Origin: an uncultured Bacteroidales bacterium
Lineage (GTDB): Bacteria; Bacteroidota; Bacteroidia; Bacteroidales; Paludibacteraceae
Direction of reading: 5' to 3'
Length of the DNA stretch: 64,000 nt
Assembly (NCBI GenBank): GCA_934725535.1
Contig: CAKVBV010000002.1
Location: 7,575-71,574, forward strand
Shown here: one piece after another, positions 17,956 through 26,730 of the stretch
Layout of the letters: each line of letters begins with the position of its first letter
Numbering within the stretch: the first letter of the stretch is position 1
Notes under the pieces: model-generated
Told to the model about the DNA's origin: nothing
The model's input: the letters and a program-made list of their open reading frames with translations, nothing else
Databases searched by the model: none
Translations under genes and position numbers: made by a program

Positions 17956-19770
17956 ATGAGAAAACTTTTCCTCTCATTGCTTGTGGTGTGCTTGGTTGCA
18001 CCGCTTTGGGCGCAAGATACGCCTACAGAAACCTACAAGATGGACTTTACTGCCGGTCAGGGCGATTGGACGATTGACAACGTAACCCTTGATGGTCTGT
18101 CGTGGGTTTGGCAGCACAGCACGCATAATGGCAACAGTTATATGAAAGCAAGTGCATACGTCAGTGGTACTCCTCATGCTGCTGAATCGTGGCTTATCTC
18201 ACCTACGATTGACTTGTCGGCGGCAGGGACGGTTACACTGTCGGTGCGTCATGCTATGAATTATGGTACAAACGGCATGTATGTCCGCATGACAGCAGAC
18301 GGTAAGGATTGGAAGGATGTGTCGGTCAGCCCTACGCCATCGGGCAACTCGTGGACGTTTGTTACAAGCACGGCTGATGTGTCTGCTTTTGCGGGTGAGA
18401 CGAAAGTGCAGATAGCGTTTGTCTATACCAGTACATCCGCTGCTGCCCCTCAGTGGGAGGTGCAATGGGTGTCTCTTACCACAACGGGAAAGCCAGTAGA
18501 GCAACCCTGCCGCTATGAGGGGCTTGAAGGGTATTCCTCGACCGAACTGTTGCAACGGCTTCATACGGCAATAGCGGAGCATACGACATTGTCTTATGAC
18601 AATATCCGTGCAGACCGCGCAAAAGTGGATATATTGGACGATGGGACGATAGACGACATCTATGCAGGGTGCTCTTTCTATCCTTCGGACTATTGCCATA
18701 ATGTTACAGATGTGCCAGACTGCTCCTGCTATAACCGCGAGCATAGTCTGCCCAAGTCATGGTGGGGCGGTTCGGAAAGCGAGCCGATGTACACTGACCT
18801 TCATCATGTGATTCCTACGGATTATAATGCCAACACGAAGCGTTCCGCATGGGTGTATGATGAGGTGAATAGTGCCACATGGACGAATGGTTTCGGTTCC
18901 AAACTCGGTACCAGCAAGACTTGGGGAGACAGAGAGACAGCCTTTGAGCCTGTGAACGAATACAAAGGGGACATTGCCCGCACCTATTTCTATATGCTTA
19001 CCTGCTATTTGGACAAGAATTTCAAGCAGGGTGGAAAGGGTTATCGCTATTTTACTTACAATAATTCCACGGCAGGATTTACGACTACAGCACTCAACCT
19101 GTTGCTCAAGTGGCATCGTCAAGACCCTGTGTCGGAGCGTGAGATAGCCCGCAATGAGAAAGTGGCAAAGAAACAAGGCAACCGCAACCCGTTTGTGGAC
19201 GATCCGAACTTGGCAGAATATATCTGGGGAACGATGAAAGGCAAAGGATATGAATGTAATGGTGAGGTGGAGAAGCCCGATAGTACTGTAGTGGAAGGCT
19301 CTATCACGTGTGCTGAGGCGCGGTCGTTGGCATTGGCTCTTGCCAATCAGGGTCAGAGTTCGGACGAATATATTGTGGTCGGCTATGTAACCTCGGCAGA
19401 GAGTTATGACAATAGTTACCATAGCCAGTCGTATTGGATGGCAGATGAGCAGAATGGAGGTCGTGTGTTCTATGCGTTCCAATGCAAGCACCCCGATGAG
19501 GTAGTGAAAGTGGGGTATAAAGTGGCTATTACGGGCAACTTATTGAATTACAACGGCACGCCTGAGATGAAGCGGGGGCAGACACGTATCCTGTCGCGCG
19601 ACACAAACAGTGCGACGGAGTATATCAGTCTGAAGGATGAGTTCGATGCCGCCGACACCCGTATCTACACCATCACGGGAATGGACGTAACATCGCAACG
19701 CGACAATTTGCCTACAGGTATCTATATACTGAAGAGTCCGACTGCCACGAAGAAAGTGCTGGTGAAGTAA
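17956..19770 (+). CDS. Secreted endonuclease I family nuclease with N-terminal accessory domain, OB-like domain and T9SS-type C-terminal tail
   Basis: Signal peptide. Endonuclease I motifs REHSLPKSWWGG, DLHHVIPTD, YKGDIARTYFYM, NRNPFVDDP. The tail IYTITGMDV...LPTGIYILKSPTATKKVLVK resembles a T9SS CTD. Confidence 0.85.
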   Translation: MRKLFLSLLVVCLVAPLWAQDTPTETYKMDFTAGQGDWTIDNVTLDGLSWVWQHSTHNGNSYMKASAYVSGTPHAAESWLISPTIDLSAAGTVTLSVRHAMNYGTNGMYVRMTADGKDWKDVSVSPTPSGNSWTFVTSTADVSAFAGETKVQIAFVYTSTSAAAPQWEVQWVSLTTTGKPVEQPCRYEGLEGYSSTELLQRLHTAIAEHTTLSYDNIRADRAKVDILDDGTIDDIYAGCSFYPSDYCHNVTDVPDCSCYNREHSLPKSWWGGSESEPMYTDLHHVIPTDYNANTKRSAWVYDEVNSATWTNGFGSKLGTSKTWGDRETAFEPVNEYKGDIARTYFYMLTCYLDKNFKQGGKGYRYFTYNNSTAGFTTTALNLLLKWHRQDPVSEREIARNEKVAKKQGNRNPFVDDPNLAEYIWGTMKGKGYECNGEVEKPDSTVVEGSITCAEARSLALALANQGQSSDEYIVVGYVTSAESYDNSYHSQSYWMADEQNGGRVFYAFQCKHPDEVVKVGYKVAITGNLLNYNGTPEMKRGQTRILSRDTNSATEYISLKDEFDAADTRIYTITGMDVTSQRDNLPTGIYILKSPTATKKVLVK

Positions 19771-19804
19771 GGTAAGGGGACGATGCGGGTGTTCTGCCAC
19801 ATAA

Positions 19805-19920
19805 GACGATGTGAGCCGATAAGGAGTTTTACTCAGCCCACAGGGCTTCGGGTTGCTACCGTACCTCTGTATAACGACGCGAGCCGCGTCGTCTCCCGGA
19901 CATTGCATAGCCATACGGCT
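19805..19920 (+). repeat. REP-like element, long form
   Basis: gacgatgtgagcc + gataaggagttttactcag... + aacgacgcgagccgcgtcgtctccc...gcatagccatacgg. Confidence 0.8.
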
Positions 19921-19954
19921 TGCACCAAAACTTGCATAAATAGAAAAAATGTTG

Positions 19955-19962
19955 TAACTTTG
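19955..19962 (+). promoter_or_regulatory. -7 promoter motif TAACTTTG for tsaC
   Basis: Exact TAnnTTTG about 26 nt upstream of the ATG at 19988. Confidence 0.55.
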
Positions 19963-19987
19963 CCGCCCATTTGCAAAAAGTAGCAGA

Positions 19988-20581
19988 ATGCTATATACAG
20001 ACATACGTTACGACCGAGAAGACCTCCGTGAGGCAGTGCGTGTACTGCGTGCAGGCGGCGTGATACTATACCCCACAGATACCGTGTGGGGTATTGGTTG
20101 CGATGCGACCAATGAGACGGCTGTGCAGCGGATTTTTGAGATAAAGCACAGGGTTGACAGCAAATCAATGTTGGTATTGCTTGACGGTGCGGGGAAGTTG
20201 CAGGGGTATGTAGAGCGTGTGCCTGAGACGGCGTGGCTGCTGTTAGAGGCTGCGGAAGGCGGGAAGCCCATGACCATCATCTATCCTAAGGGCAAGAATC
20301 TGGCACACAACCTGTTGGCAGAAGACGGCAGTGTGGGAATACGAATCACACAGGAGCCGTTTTCGAAGGCATTGTGCGAGCAACTGCATCGTCCGATAGT
20401 GTCCACATCGGCGAATATCAGCGGCGAACCTGCAGCGAGAGTGTTTGACGAGATTGCGCAGGAGATACGCAATGCAGTGGACTACGTATGTATGTATCGC
20501 CGCAACGACAAGACACCCCACCAGCCGTCGTCGATTGTGAAGATTGATGAGGCTGAACATATAACCATTATACGACAATAG
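19988..20581 (+). CDS. tsaC: L-threonylcarbamoyladenylate synthase (YrdC/TsaC family)
   Basis: YPTDTVWGIGCDA, KHRVDSKSMLVL, STSANISGEP motifs. Confidence 0.9.
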   Translation: MLYTDIRYDREDLREAVRVLRAGGVILYPTDTVWGIGCDATNETAVQRIFEIKHRVDSKSMLVLLDGAGKLQGYVERVPETAWLLLEAAEGGKPMTIIYPKGKNLAHNLLAEDGSVGIRITQEPFSKALCEQLHRPIVSTSANISGEPAARVFDEIAQEIRNAVDYVCMYRRNDKTPHQPSSIVKIDEAEHITIIRQ

Positions 20582-20583
20582 CA

Positions 20584-21879
20584 ATGCGTCTGCTCAACAG
20601 CCATAGGAAACAACAGCTGACCTACATCGCGGTGGACGCGGTGTCGGCACTGGTGATATGGTTGTGCTTCTTGCTCTTCCGTTGGATGGTGTACGACGGA
20701 CGGTTGTTTGGCGTGGATACCATACTGATACCGGCATTCGACTTCTATCGTCCGCTGATACTTTATCCTCTTGGCTGTTTGGTGGTGTACTACCTGTCGG
20801 GCTATTACCTCCGTCCGATACGCAAGCGGTACAGCAAGGAGTTGGTAATGACACTTGTATCGTCGCTGATTATTGCTTTTGGAGCGTTCTTTTTGATTAT
20901 CATTGACGACGCCGTAACAAACTACCACAGGTACCTGTGGTCATTGCTGGTGCTATTCGGGCTACAGTTTGTGGGGTGCTATCTGCCACGCTTGTTGGTA
21001 ACATATCTGTCACGCAGACGTTATCCGGAATTGTATAAAACCTTCACTATTCATAGTGTGGAAGAGGTGGAGGTGTTCAAGCATCTGCATGCTCAGGCAC
21101 CGCAAGACGAGGTGATAATTGACCTAAACGGCAATACCAAAGAAGAAGACATATACACCATTATCAATCGTGTTTATCCCTGCAATGTAGAGATTTCGGT
21201 AATGCCGCGACTCTATGATATGCTCACTGGGGCTGCCAGTATTCAAGATGTGGGCGATGTACCCTTGGTGCGAATCACGGAGCATAAGATGAGCGACTCG
21301 TCAATATGTATCAAGCGGGCTTGCGATATGTTCATTTCCATAGCGGCAATGGTGATACTGTCACCCGTATATGTGATTGTGGCATTGCTGGTCAAGTGTA
21401 CTTCGAGAGGACCTGTGATATACAAGCAGGAGCGTATCGGACTCCATGGAGTGCCGTTTCAGATACTGAAGTTCCGCACTATGACCAACGATGCAGAGCA
21501 GGATGTGCCGTGCCTGAGTTTGGATGATGACCCGCGTATCACACGTGTGGGACGTGTGCTGCGCAAGTATCGTATTGACGAGTTGCCACAGATGTGGAAC
21601 GTGTTGCGAGGTGATATGTCGATAGTGGGACCGCGTCCCGAGAGACGGTTCTTTATCAACCAAATAGAACAAGTAGCACCTTACTATTGCCTGATATACC
21701 GGATTCGTCCAGGGCTGACCAGTTGGGGACCTATCAAAGTGGGCTATACAGACACGCTTGACAAGATGGTGCAGCGTTTGAATTATGACATTGTCTATAT
21801 GGAGAATATGTCGTTGCGACTTGACATCAAGATACTATTCTTCACAATAGGTGTGATTCTGGACGGAAAAGGAAAATAA
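20584..21879 (+). CDS. Polyprenyl-phosphate glycosyl-1-phosphate transferase (bacterial sugar transferase family)
   Basis: N-terminal TM bundle, then the C-terminal domain KRACDMFISI...GPVIYKQERIG..FRTM...DELPQMWNVLRGDMSIVGPRP. Confidence 0.88.
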   Translation: MRLLNSHRKQQLTYIAVDAVSALVIWLCFLLFRWMVYDGRLFGVDTILIPAFDFYRPLILYPLGCLVVYYLSGYYLRPIRKRYSKELVMTLVSSLIIAFGAFFLIIIDDAVTNYHRYLWSLLVLFGLQFVGCYLPRLLVTYLSRRRYPELYKTFTIHSVEEVEVFKHLHAQAPQDEVIIDLNGNTKEEDIYTIINRVYPCNVEISVMPRLYDMLTGAASIQDVGDVPLVRITEHKMSDSSICIKRACDMFISIAAMVILSPVYVIVALLVKCTSRGPVIYKQERIGLHGVPFQILKFRTMTNDAEQDVPCLSLDDDPRITRVGRVLRKYRIDELPQMWNVLRGDMSIVGPRPERRFFINQIEQVAPYYCLIYRIRPGLTSWGPIKVGYTDTLDKMVQRLNYDIVYMENMSLRLDIKILFFTIGVILDGKGK

Positions 21880-21893
21880 AACACACAACCCCT

Positions 21894-22070
21894 ATGATCT
21901 ACGACGAAGCCATCAAACGATTGGAAGCCATTGTACAAGAACTTGAGGAAGCACAAGCCCTCAGTATGGATGCGTATCAAGCAAAGGCAAAAGAGGCGAA
22001 GGAATTGATAGCGTTCTGCCAAAAGCAACTGACCGACTGGGAAGAGCAGATGGACTCTGTTCTTCGCTGA
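21894..22070 (+). CDS. xseB: Exodeoxyribonuclease VII small subunit
   Basis: 58-aa ORF below the track cutoff, hand-translated: MIYDEAIKRLEAIVQELEEAQALSMDAYQAKAKEAKELIAFCQKQLTDWEEQMDSVLR. This is a typical XseB helical hairpin. Confidence 0.8.
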   Translation: MIYDEAIKRLEAIVQELEEAQALSMDAYQAKAKEAKELIAFCQKQLTDWEEQMDSVLR

Positions 22071-22147
22071 TTAGGTGCCCTGTATAGTCCATAGTCTTTA
22101 TGAAATCACATGATTTTGCATATTCCGAATAGGTATACATCGCTGCT

Positions 22148-22684
22148 ATGACAGACATTCGACAGATACATACAAGTGACGGTACATACGAGTTTGTGGA
22201 ACGACTTTTTCTGTCAGCCTTTCCCGAAGATGAACGCAGAGACATTACCGCACAACGGTACAATACAGACAATAATCCATTGTTTCATTGTATGTTAGCC
22301 GAAGACAACGGGCAACCTGTCGGGTTCTTTACTTATTGGGATTTCAGACGCTTCTGTTATGGCGAACATTTTGCCACCGATACGACATACCGCAATCACG
22401 GCTATGGCAGCCAAATACTCTCTGCCATTTTGGAGCGTATTGCCAAGCCATTAGTGATAGAGGTTGAGATGCCTGATAATGAACTAAGTATGCGCCGTAT
22501 AGGTTTCTACCAGCGCAATGGTATGCACCTATGGGAGGACTACAACTATATGCAGCCCGCCTACCGCCCAAATGGGAACACGCTGCCTATGTTGTTGATG
22601 TCCTCCGGCGGATTAGACTCTGAAAATGACTTTGCAGAGGTTGTATCTATTATTCATAGAGAAGTGTACGGGATTTGCGTATAG
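22148..22684 (+). CDS. GNAT family N-acetyltransferase
   Basis: 178 aa. The R-N-H-G-Y-G-S segment resembles an acetyl-CoA binding motif (Q/RxxGxG/A). Confidence 0.75.
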   Translation: MTDIRQIHTSDGTYEFVERLFLSAFPEDERRDITAQRYNTDNNPLFHCMLAEDNGQPVGFFTYWDFRRFCYGEHFATDTTYRNHGYGSQILSAILERIAKPLVIEVEMPDNELSMRRIGFYQRNGMHLWEDYNYMQPAYRPNGNTLPMLLMSSGGLDSENDFAEVVSIIHREVYGICV

Positions 22685-22717
22685 TCATACGGATTTGCGT
22701 ATCTCACAATAAAACAG

Positions 22718-22725
22718 TACTTTTG
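22718..22725 (+). promoter_or_regulatory. -7 promoter motif TACTTTTG for the sigma54-activator/LptE-like unit
   Basis: Exact TAnnTTTG about 23 nt upstream of the ATG at 22748. Confidence 0.55.
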
Positions 22726-22747
22726 TATTCTCAATACAAACACGACT

Positions 22748-23977
22748 ATGGAACAGAAGGACTTATTGGCAATCAAGCAGCGGTTCGGGATTATCGGCAA
22801 CAGTCCCCTGCTCAATCGCGACATTGAAGTAGCGGTACAAGTGGCTGTCACCGACCTCAGCGTACTCGTTACAGGTGAGAGTGGCGTCGGAAAGGAGCAC
22901 TTCCCGCAAATCATTCACGCCTACTCCGCCCGCAAACACGGACCGTATTTCGCAGTCAACTGCGGTGCTATCCCTGAGGGGACTATTGACAGCGAACTCT
23001 TCGGGCATGAGAAAGGTGCCTTCACGGATGCCAAAGCCGAGCGCAAAGGCTACTTCGAGATAGCCAACGGCGGCACGCTCTTCCTCGACGAGGTGGGCGA
23101 ACTGCCACTGCAAACCCAAGTGCGTCTCTTGCGTGTCCTTGAGACGGGCGAGTTTATCCGCATGGGGGCAAGTCAGGTGCAGAAGACCAACGTGCGCGTA
23201 GTCGCTGCCACCAACCTTGACATGAAACGCGCTATCAGCGAGGGGCGGTTCCGTGAAGACCTCTATTACCGTCTCAACACGGTCGAAATCAAGGTGCCTG
23301 CCCTCCGCGAGCGCAAAGATGACATTCCCCTACTCTTCCGCAAGTTCGTGGTGGACTTCAGCGACAAGTATCGTATGCCGCCCATCCGCCTGACCGATGA
23401 GGCGACGCAACTGCTCAAAAACTACTACTGGAACGGCAATATCCGCCAACTCAAGAACGTGGCAGAGCAGATAAGCATCATCGAGCACAGCCGTGAAATC
23501 ACAGCAGACACGCTGCGTAAGTACCTGCCTGCCAATGAGATGCAGAGCGGGCTCACGCTCCTGCGTCCGCAGGCATCGGGCGACAACTTCATGAACGAGC
23601 GCGAGATACTATATAAGGTGCTGTTTGATATGAAGCGCGACATGACCGAGATGCGCCAGCAACTCAACGGGCTCCTCAACGGCACCCAGCAGCCTGCCCA
23701 CCGCAACACGGATGTGGTGGTGTCGCACCCCGATTTCGAGCCCGTAGAGGAGGTACACGCAGAGACTCCCACGCGCATGGTTCACCAACCCGAAGAGGTA
23801 CAAGTGGTTGCCGAGCAACCTGCCCAAGCCACCAAGCCCGTCACCATGGAGGACATTGAGCGCGAGAGTATCCGGCAGGCATTGGCACGCAACAATGACA
23901 GCCGCAAAGCCGCAGCAGCCGAACTGCACATCTCCGAGCGCACACTCTATCGCAAAATCAAAGAGTATAACCTATAG
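22748..23977 (+). CDS. Sigma-54-dependent transcriptional activator (AAA+ plus Fis-type HTH, no receiver domain)
   Basis: GESGVGKE Walker A, GAFTDA (GAFTGA-like), DEVGEL Walker B, and the C-terminal HTH AAAELHISERTLYRKIKEY. The AAA+ domain starts within about 20 aa of the N-terminus. Confidence 0.9.
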   Translation: MEQKDLLAIKQRFGIIGNSPLLNRDIEVAVQVAVTDLSVLVTGESGVGKEHFPQIIHAYSARKHGPYFAVNCGAIPEGTIDSELFGHEKGAFTDAKAERKGYFEIANGGTLFLDEVGELPLQTQVRLLRVLETGEFIRMGASQVQKTNVRVVAATNLDMKRAISEGRFREDLYYRLNTVEIKVPALRERKDDIPLLFRKFVVDFSDKYRMPPIRLTDEATQLLKNYYWNGNIRQLKNVAEQISIIEHSREITADTLRKYLPANEMQSGLTLLRPQASGDNFMNEREILYKVLFDMKRDMTEMRQQLNGLLNGTQQPAHRNTDVVVSHPDFEPVEEVHAETPTRMVHQPEEVQVVAEQPAQATKPVTMEDIERESIRQALARNNDSRKAAAAELHISERTLYRKIKEYNL

Positions 23978-23985
23978 TACGCGCC

Positions 23986-24498
23986 ATGCACAACCTGCTG
24001 AAAACAAGCATTTTACTCGCCTTCACAATAGCCCTGAACGGTTGCAGCATCAGTTATAAGTTCAACGGAGCCAGCATTGACTACTCGAAGACCCGCAGCA
24101 TTTCCGTGGCGGACTTCCCCAACAATGCCGCCTTGGTCTATGCCCCGCTCAGCAACAACCTCAGCGATGCCATACGCGACATCTACCAGCGGCAGACACG
24201 CCTTGAGGTACTGCGACGCGGCGGAAACCTTGAGTTGGAGGGCGAAATAACGGGCTATGCCTTGACCCCGATGGCAGTGTCCGCGGATAGTTATGCCGCA
24301 GAAACCAAACTCACACTCACCGTGCGCGTGCGCTTCACCAACAACGTGGCACCCGAAGAGAGTTTCGAGAAGACATACTCTGCCTACCAGACCTTCGACT
24401 CATCACGTATGCTTGATGAAGTGCAGGACGAACTCTGCAACACCATGATTACCGAGATAGCGGAGAGTATTTATAACGACACGGTGGCAAAATGGTAA
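23986..24498 (+). CDS. LptE-like LPS-assembly lipoprotein
   Basis: Lipobox ALNGCS. Size and position, between the sigma54 activator and secG, match a conserved Bacteroidota arrangement. Confidence 0.65.
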   Translation: MHNLLKTSILLAFTIALNGCSISYKFNGASIDYSKTRSISVADFPNNAALVYAPLSNNLSDAIRDIYQRQTRLEVLRRGGNLELEGEITGYALTPMAVSADSYAAETKLTLTVRVRFTNNVAPEESFEKTYSAYQTFDSSRMLDEVQDELCNTMITEIAESIYNDTVAKW

Positions 24499-24527
24499 AA
24501 TAATTTGCATAGTCCGAAAAAATATAG

Positions 24528-24535
24528 TACCTTTG
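24528..24535 (+). promoter_or_regulatory. -7 promoter motif TACCTTTG for secG
   Basis: Exact TAnnTTTG about 43 nt upstream of the ATG at 24578. Confidence 0.55.
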
Positions 24536-24577
24536 CGGGCTAATTAACCAAAGATAAACTTAAAAACAAAAGATATT

Positions 24578-24922
24578 ATGTACATTCTATTTACAATCCT
24601 GATTGTGATAGCAGCGATATTGCTGATTCTGCTTGTTCTCGTTCAGAACAGCAAAGGCGGCGGTTTGGCTGCAGGGTTCGCAAGTGGTAACCAAGTGATG
24701 GGTGCACCCAAGACGGCTGACTTCCTTGAGAAAGCAAGTTGGACATTGGCAGGTATCATCGTGGTACTCAGCATCTTAGCCGTAGGCGTTAAGAAAGGTC
24801 AGAAGGTTGTTGCCGATGACGAGAGTGCCATCACCGAGCAGGTGCAACAGGCTTACGATGCTGAGCAACAGGCTGCTGCAGTACCTGAGTTCAACGGCGA
24901 CGAAGAGCAAGAACAAGAGTAA
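24578..24922 (+). CDS. secG: Preprotein translocase subunit SecG
   Basis: Two TM segments with LLVLVQNSKGGGL, and an acidic tail. Confidence 0.85.
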   Translation: MYILFTILIVIAAILLILLVLVQNSKGGGLAAGFASGNQVMGAPKTADFLEKASWTLAGIIVVLSILAVGVKKGQKVVADDESAITEQVQQAYDAEQQAAAVPEFNGDEEQEQE

Positions 24923-24930
24923 CCGCACAC

Positions 24931-25680
24931 TCACCACGAGCGACGGAGTAGTCCGCCCACGAGGCAGACAAGCATATACCACGGGTATAGCAACTCCAAG
25001 CAAATTGCAGTAAATAGAGAGACTTTCGGGTCTCTCTTTTTTATCATAGTGTATTCAATAGGAAACTTCACCACCAATATAGCAGGGCATAGCACCTGCA
25101 ACACATTCGCCACTGCCACCACTGCCCCGCAACGGATAATGTCCTTATCCGTATAGTGCGGTGCCTTACCCGCCCAACGCATACGCTGCTTCCAAAAGGC
25201 ACGCCACGTAGTCTCAGGGTGCACCACCGCCGTATATTCCTGTTTATCAGCCACTTCAACACGCAGCCCCCCGCGTTTGAACGCCTCCAACAGAAACATA
25301 TCATCACCGCTGGGAATATCCAAATGCAAGTCTTCGTACGACTCCAACCAACGCTGCCGACGCACAATCACATTCGCACCGCTGCACATCACTGCCCTGC
25401 CCCGTCGGGCAGACTCTATGGTAAGTTGCTGAATGGCAGCATACTCCGCTATTTGCAATCGCTCTAAAAACGTCGGATTTGTATGCTTCGACTCCATGCG
25501 GAGCGGCAATATCAGCAAGTCAGCATCCGTTTCGGGCACGGCAACGGGCGGCACTATATCATCATCCTGCAACCATACGAACTCGGTATCTGCCGCCGAA
25601 ATCAGTTTATGCAAGGCATACTTTTTGCCTTTGCCGTCATCATTGACTCCACGTCTCGGAACTATTGTCGTAATTTGCAT
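24931..25680 (-). CDS. Glycosyltransferase family 2-like protein (short N-terminus)
   Basis: LQDDD (DxD) and a later QRMRW motif, with C-terminal TM segments. Start set to the ATG at 25680 (MQITTIVP), 19 nt inside the aroA-like ORF. Confidence 0.65.
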   Translation of the reverse strand: MQITTIVPRRGVNDDGKGKKYALHKLISAADTEFVWLQDDDIVPPVAVPETDADLLILPLRMESKHTNPTFLERLQIAEYAAIQQLTIESARRGRAVMCSGANVIVRRQRWLESYEDLHLDIPSGDDMFLLEAFKRGGLRVEVADKQEYTAVVHPETTWRAFWKQRMRWAGKAPHYTDKDIIRCGAVVAVANVLQVLCPAILVVKFPIEYTMIKKRDPKVSLFTAICLELLYPWYMLVCLVGGLLRRSW

Positions 25681-26687
25681 AACTGACTGACAAACTGCGG
25701 ATAAGACTTGCTCACACATTCCGTATCGTCCACCTCATATCCCGCCACCATCAGTGCCATTGCCATTCGGTGGTCGGCACACACACGGTGTTGCTTCACG
25801 GCTTCCAAGCGATTGCTTTCCTTCCATTGCAAACATGCAGTCCCTGTAGCATGCAACGCCACTCCCAACCGCTCGCATGTGAGTGCCACAGCCGGATACA
25901 GGTCGGGTATGTCGGTGAAATCCACATTGATAGCCCGCGGCAAAGTGAAATCGTCCGTGCATTTTGCAAGGTGGATAGTTTGAGGATAGTTATAGGATAG
26001 TACTCCCAACTGTTGAAATACCTTCACCACAGCCTTATCCCCCTGCAGTGAATCCATACTCAACCCACGCAATGTAATCTCACCCCCATACAATGCCACG
26101 TATTCGTACCAGAACGCCGCTGCACTCCAGTCACGTTCCACCTCAAAATCCTTTGCCCGCACCGCATACTCCTCCATTAGCCGTTGCGTCATATATATAT
26201 AAGGTGACGTACTATCTGTATGCACCCATACTCCTATCATCATCAATGCCGACACAAACTGCGATGATTGTGGCTGCCACATCTCAACAACCTTATCCGC
26301 AACATCCAGTGCTTTTCCATGTATTCGCAAAGGCGGAAAGCCCTCTTTCTCAATATACTCCACCTCTGCCCCGAGCACACGCAAAGCCCCTACCAACTGC
26401 CCTATAGGACGTTGCCGCATACGTTCCACACCTGTCAGTATCACTTCACAGTCAATCAATTGCGCACAATACGCAGTCAGAAACCGCATTGCCGTCCCGC
26501 AGTTCTGCAAGTCCAACGTCAGCACCTCGCCCTGCCTGCGCGCGTTCAATGCCTGCAACGCGCCATGCAACAACCTTACATCATCGGGCATAGCAACGGA
26601 GACAGGCATCAACCCGTCTCCGTGTATAGCCTGAAGCATCAGCCAGCGATTGGCGATAGACTTCGATATGGGCAACTCAATCTCCAT
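25662..26687 (-). CDS. aroA: 3-phosphoshikimate 1-carboxyvinyltransferase family protein (short form)
   Basis: LPISKSIANR, NCGTAMRFL, RMRQRPI, and C-terminal DHRMAMAL...VSKSYPQF. At 341 aa it is shorter than typical EPSP synthases. Confidence 0.75.
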   Translation of the reverse strand: MEIELPISKSIANRWLMLQAIHGDGLMPVSVAMPDDVRLLHGALQALNARRQGEVLTLDLQNCGTAMRFLTAYCAQLIDCEVILTGVERMRQRPIGQLVGALRVLGAEVEYIEKEGFPPLRIHGKALDVADKVVEMWQPQSSQFVSALMMIGVWVHTDSTSPYIYMTQRLMEEYAVRAKDFEVERDWSAAAFWYEYVALYGGEITLRGLSMDSLQGDKAVVKVFQQLGVLSYNYPQTIHLAKCTDDFTLPRAINVDFTDIPDLYPAVALTCERLGVALHATGTACLQWKESNRLEAVKQHRVCADHRMAMALMVAGYEVDDTECVSKSYPQFVSQLCKLRQ

Positions 26688-26730
26688 GAGATTGCTCAGC
26701 GCATATTAACTATTAATTATTACCTATTAT

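Noticed and set aside
25662-25680. The 19-nt overlap between the aroA-like and GT2-like ORFs and their short lengths, read as a sign of a deletion, fusion or pseudogenes.
   Set aside because: Both ORFs are intact and retain their C-terminal family motifs. Without alignments I cannot show that anything is missing, so this is noted only in the feature evidence.
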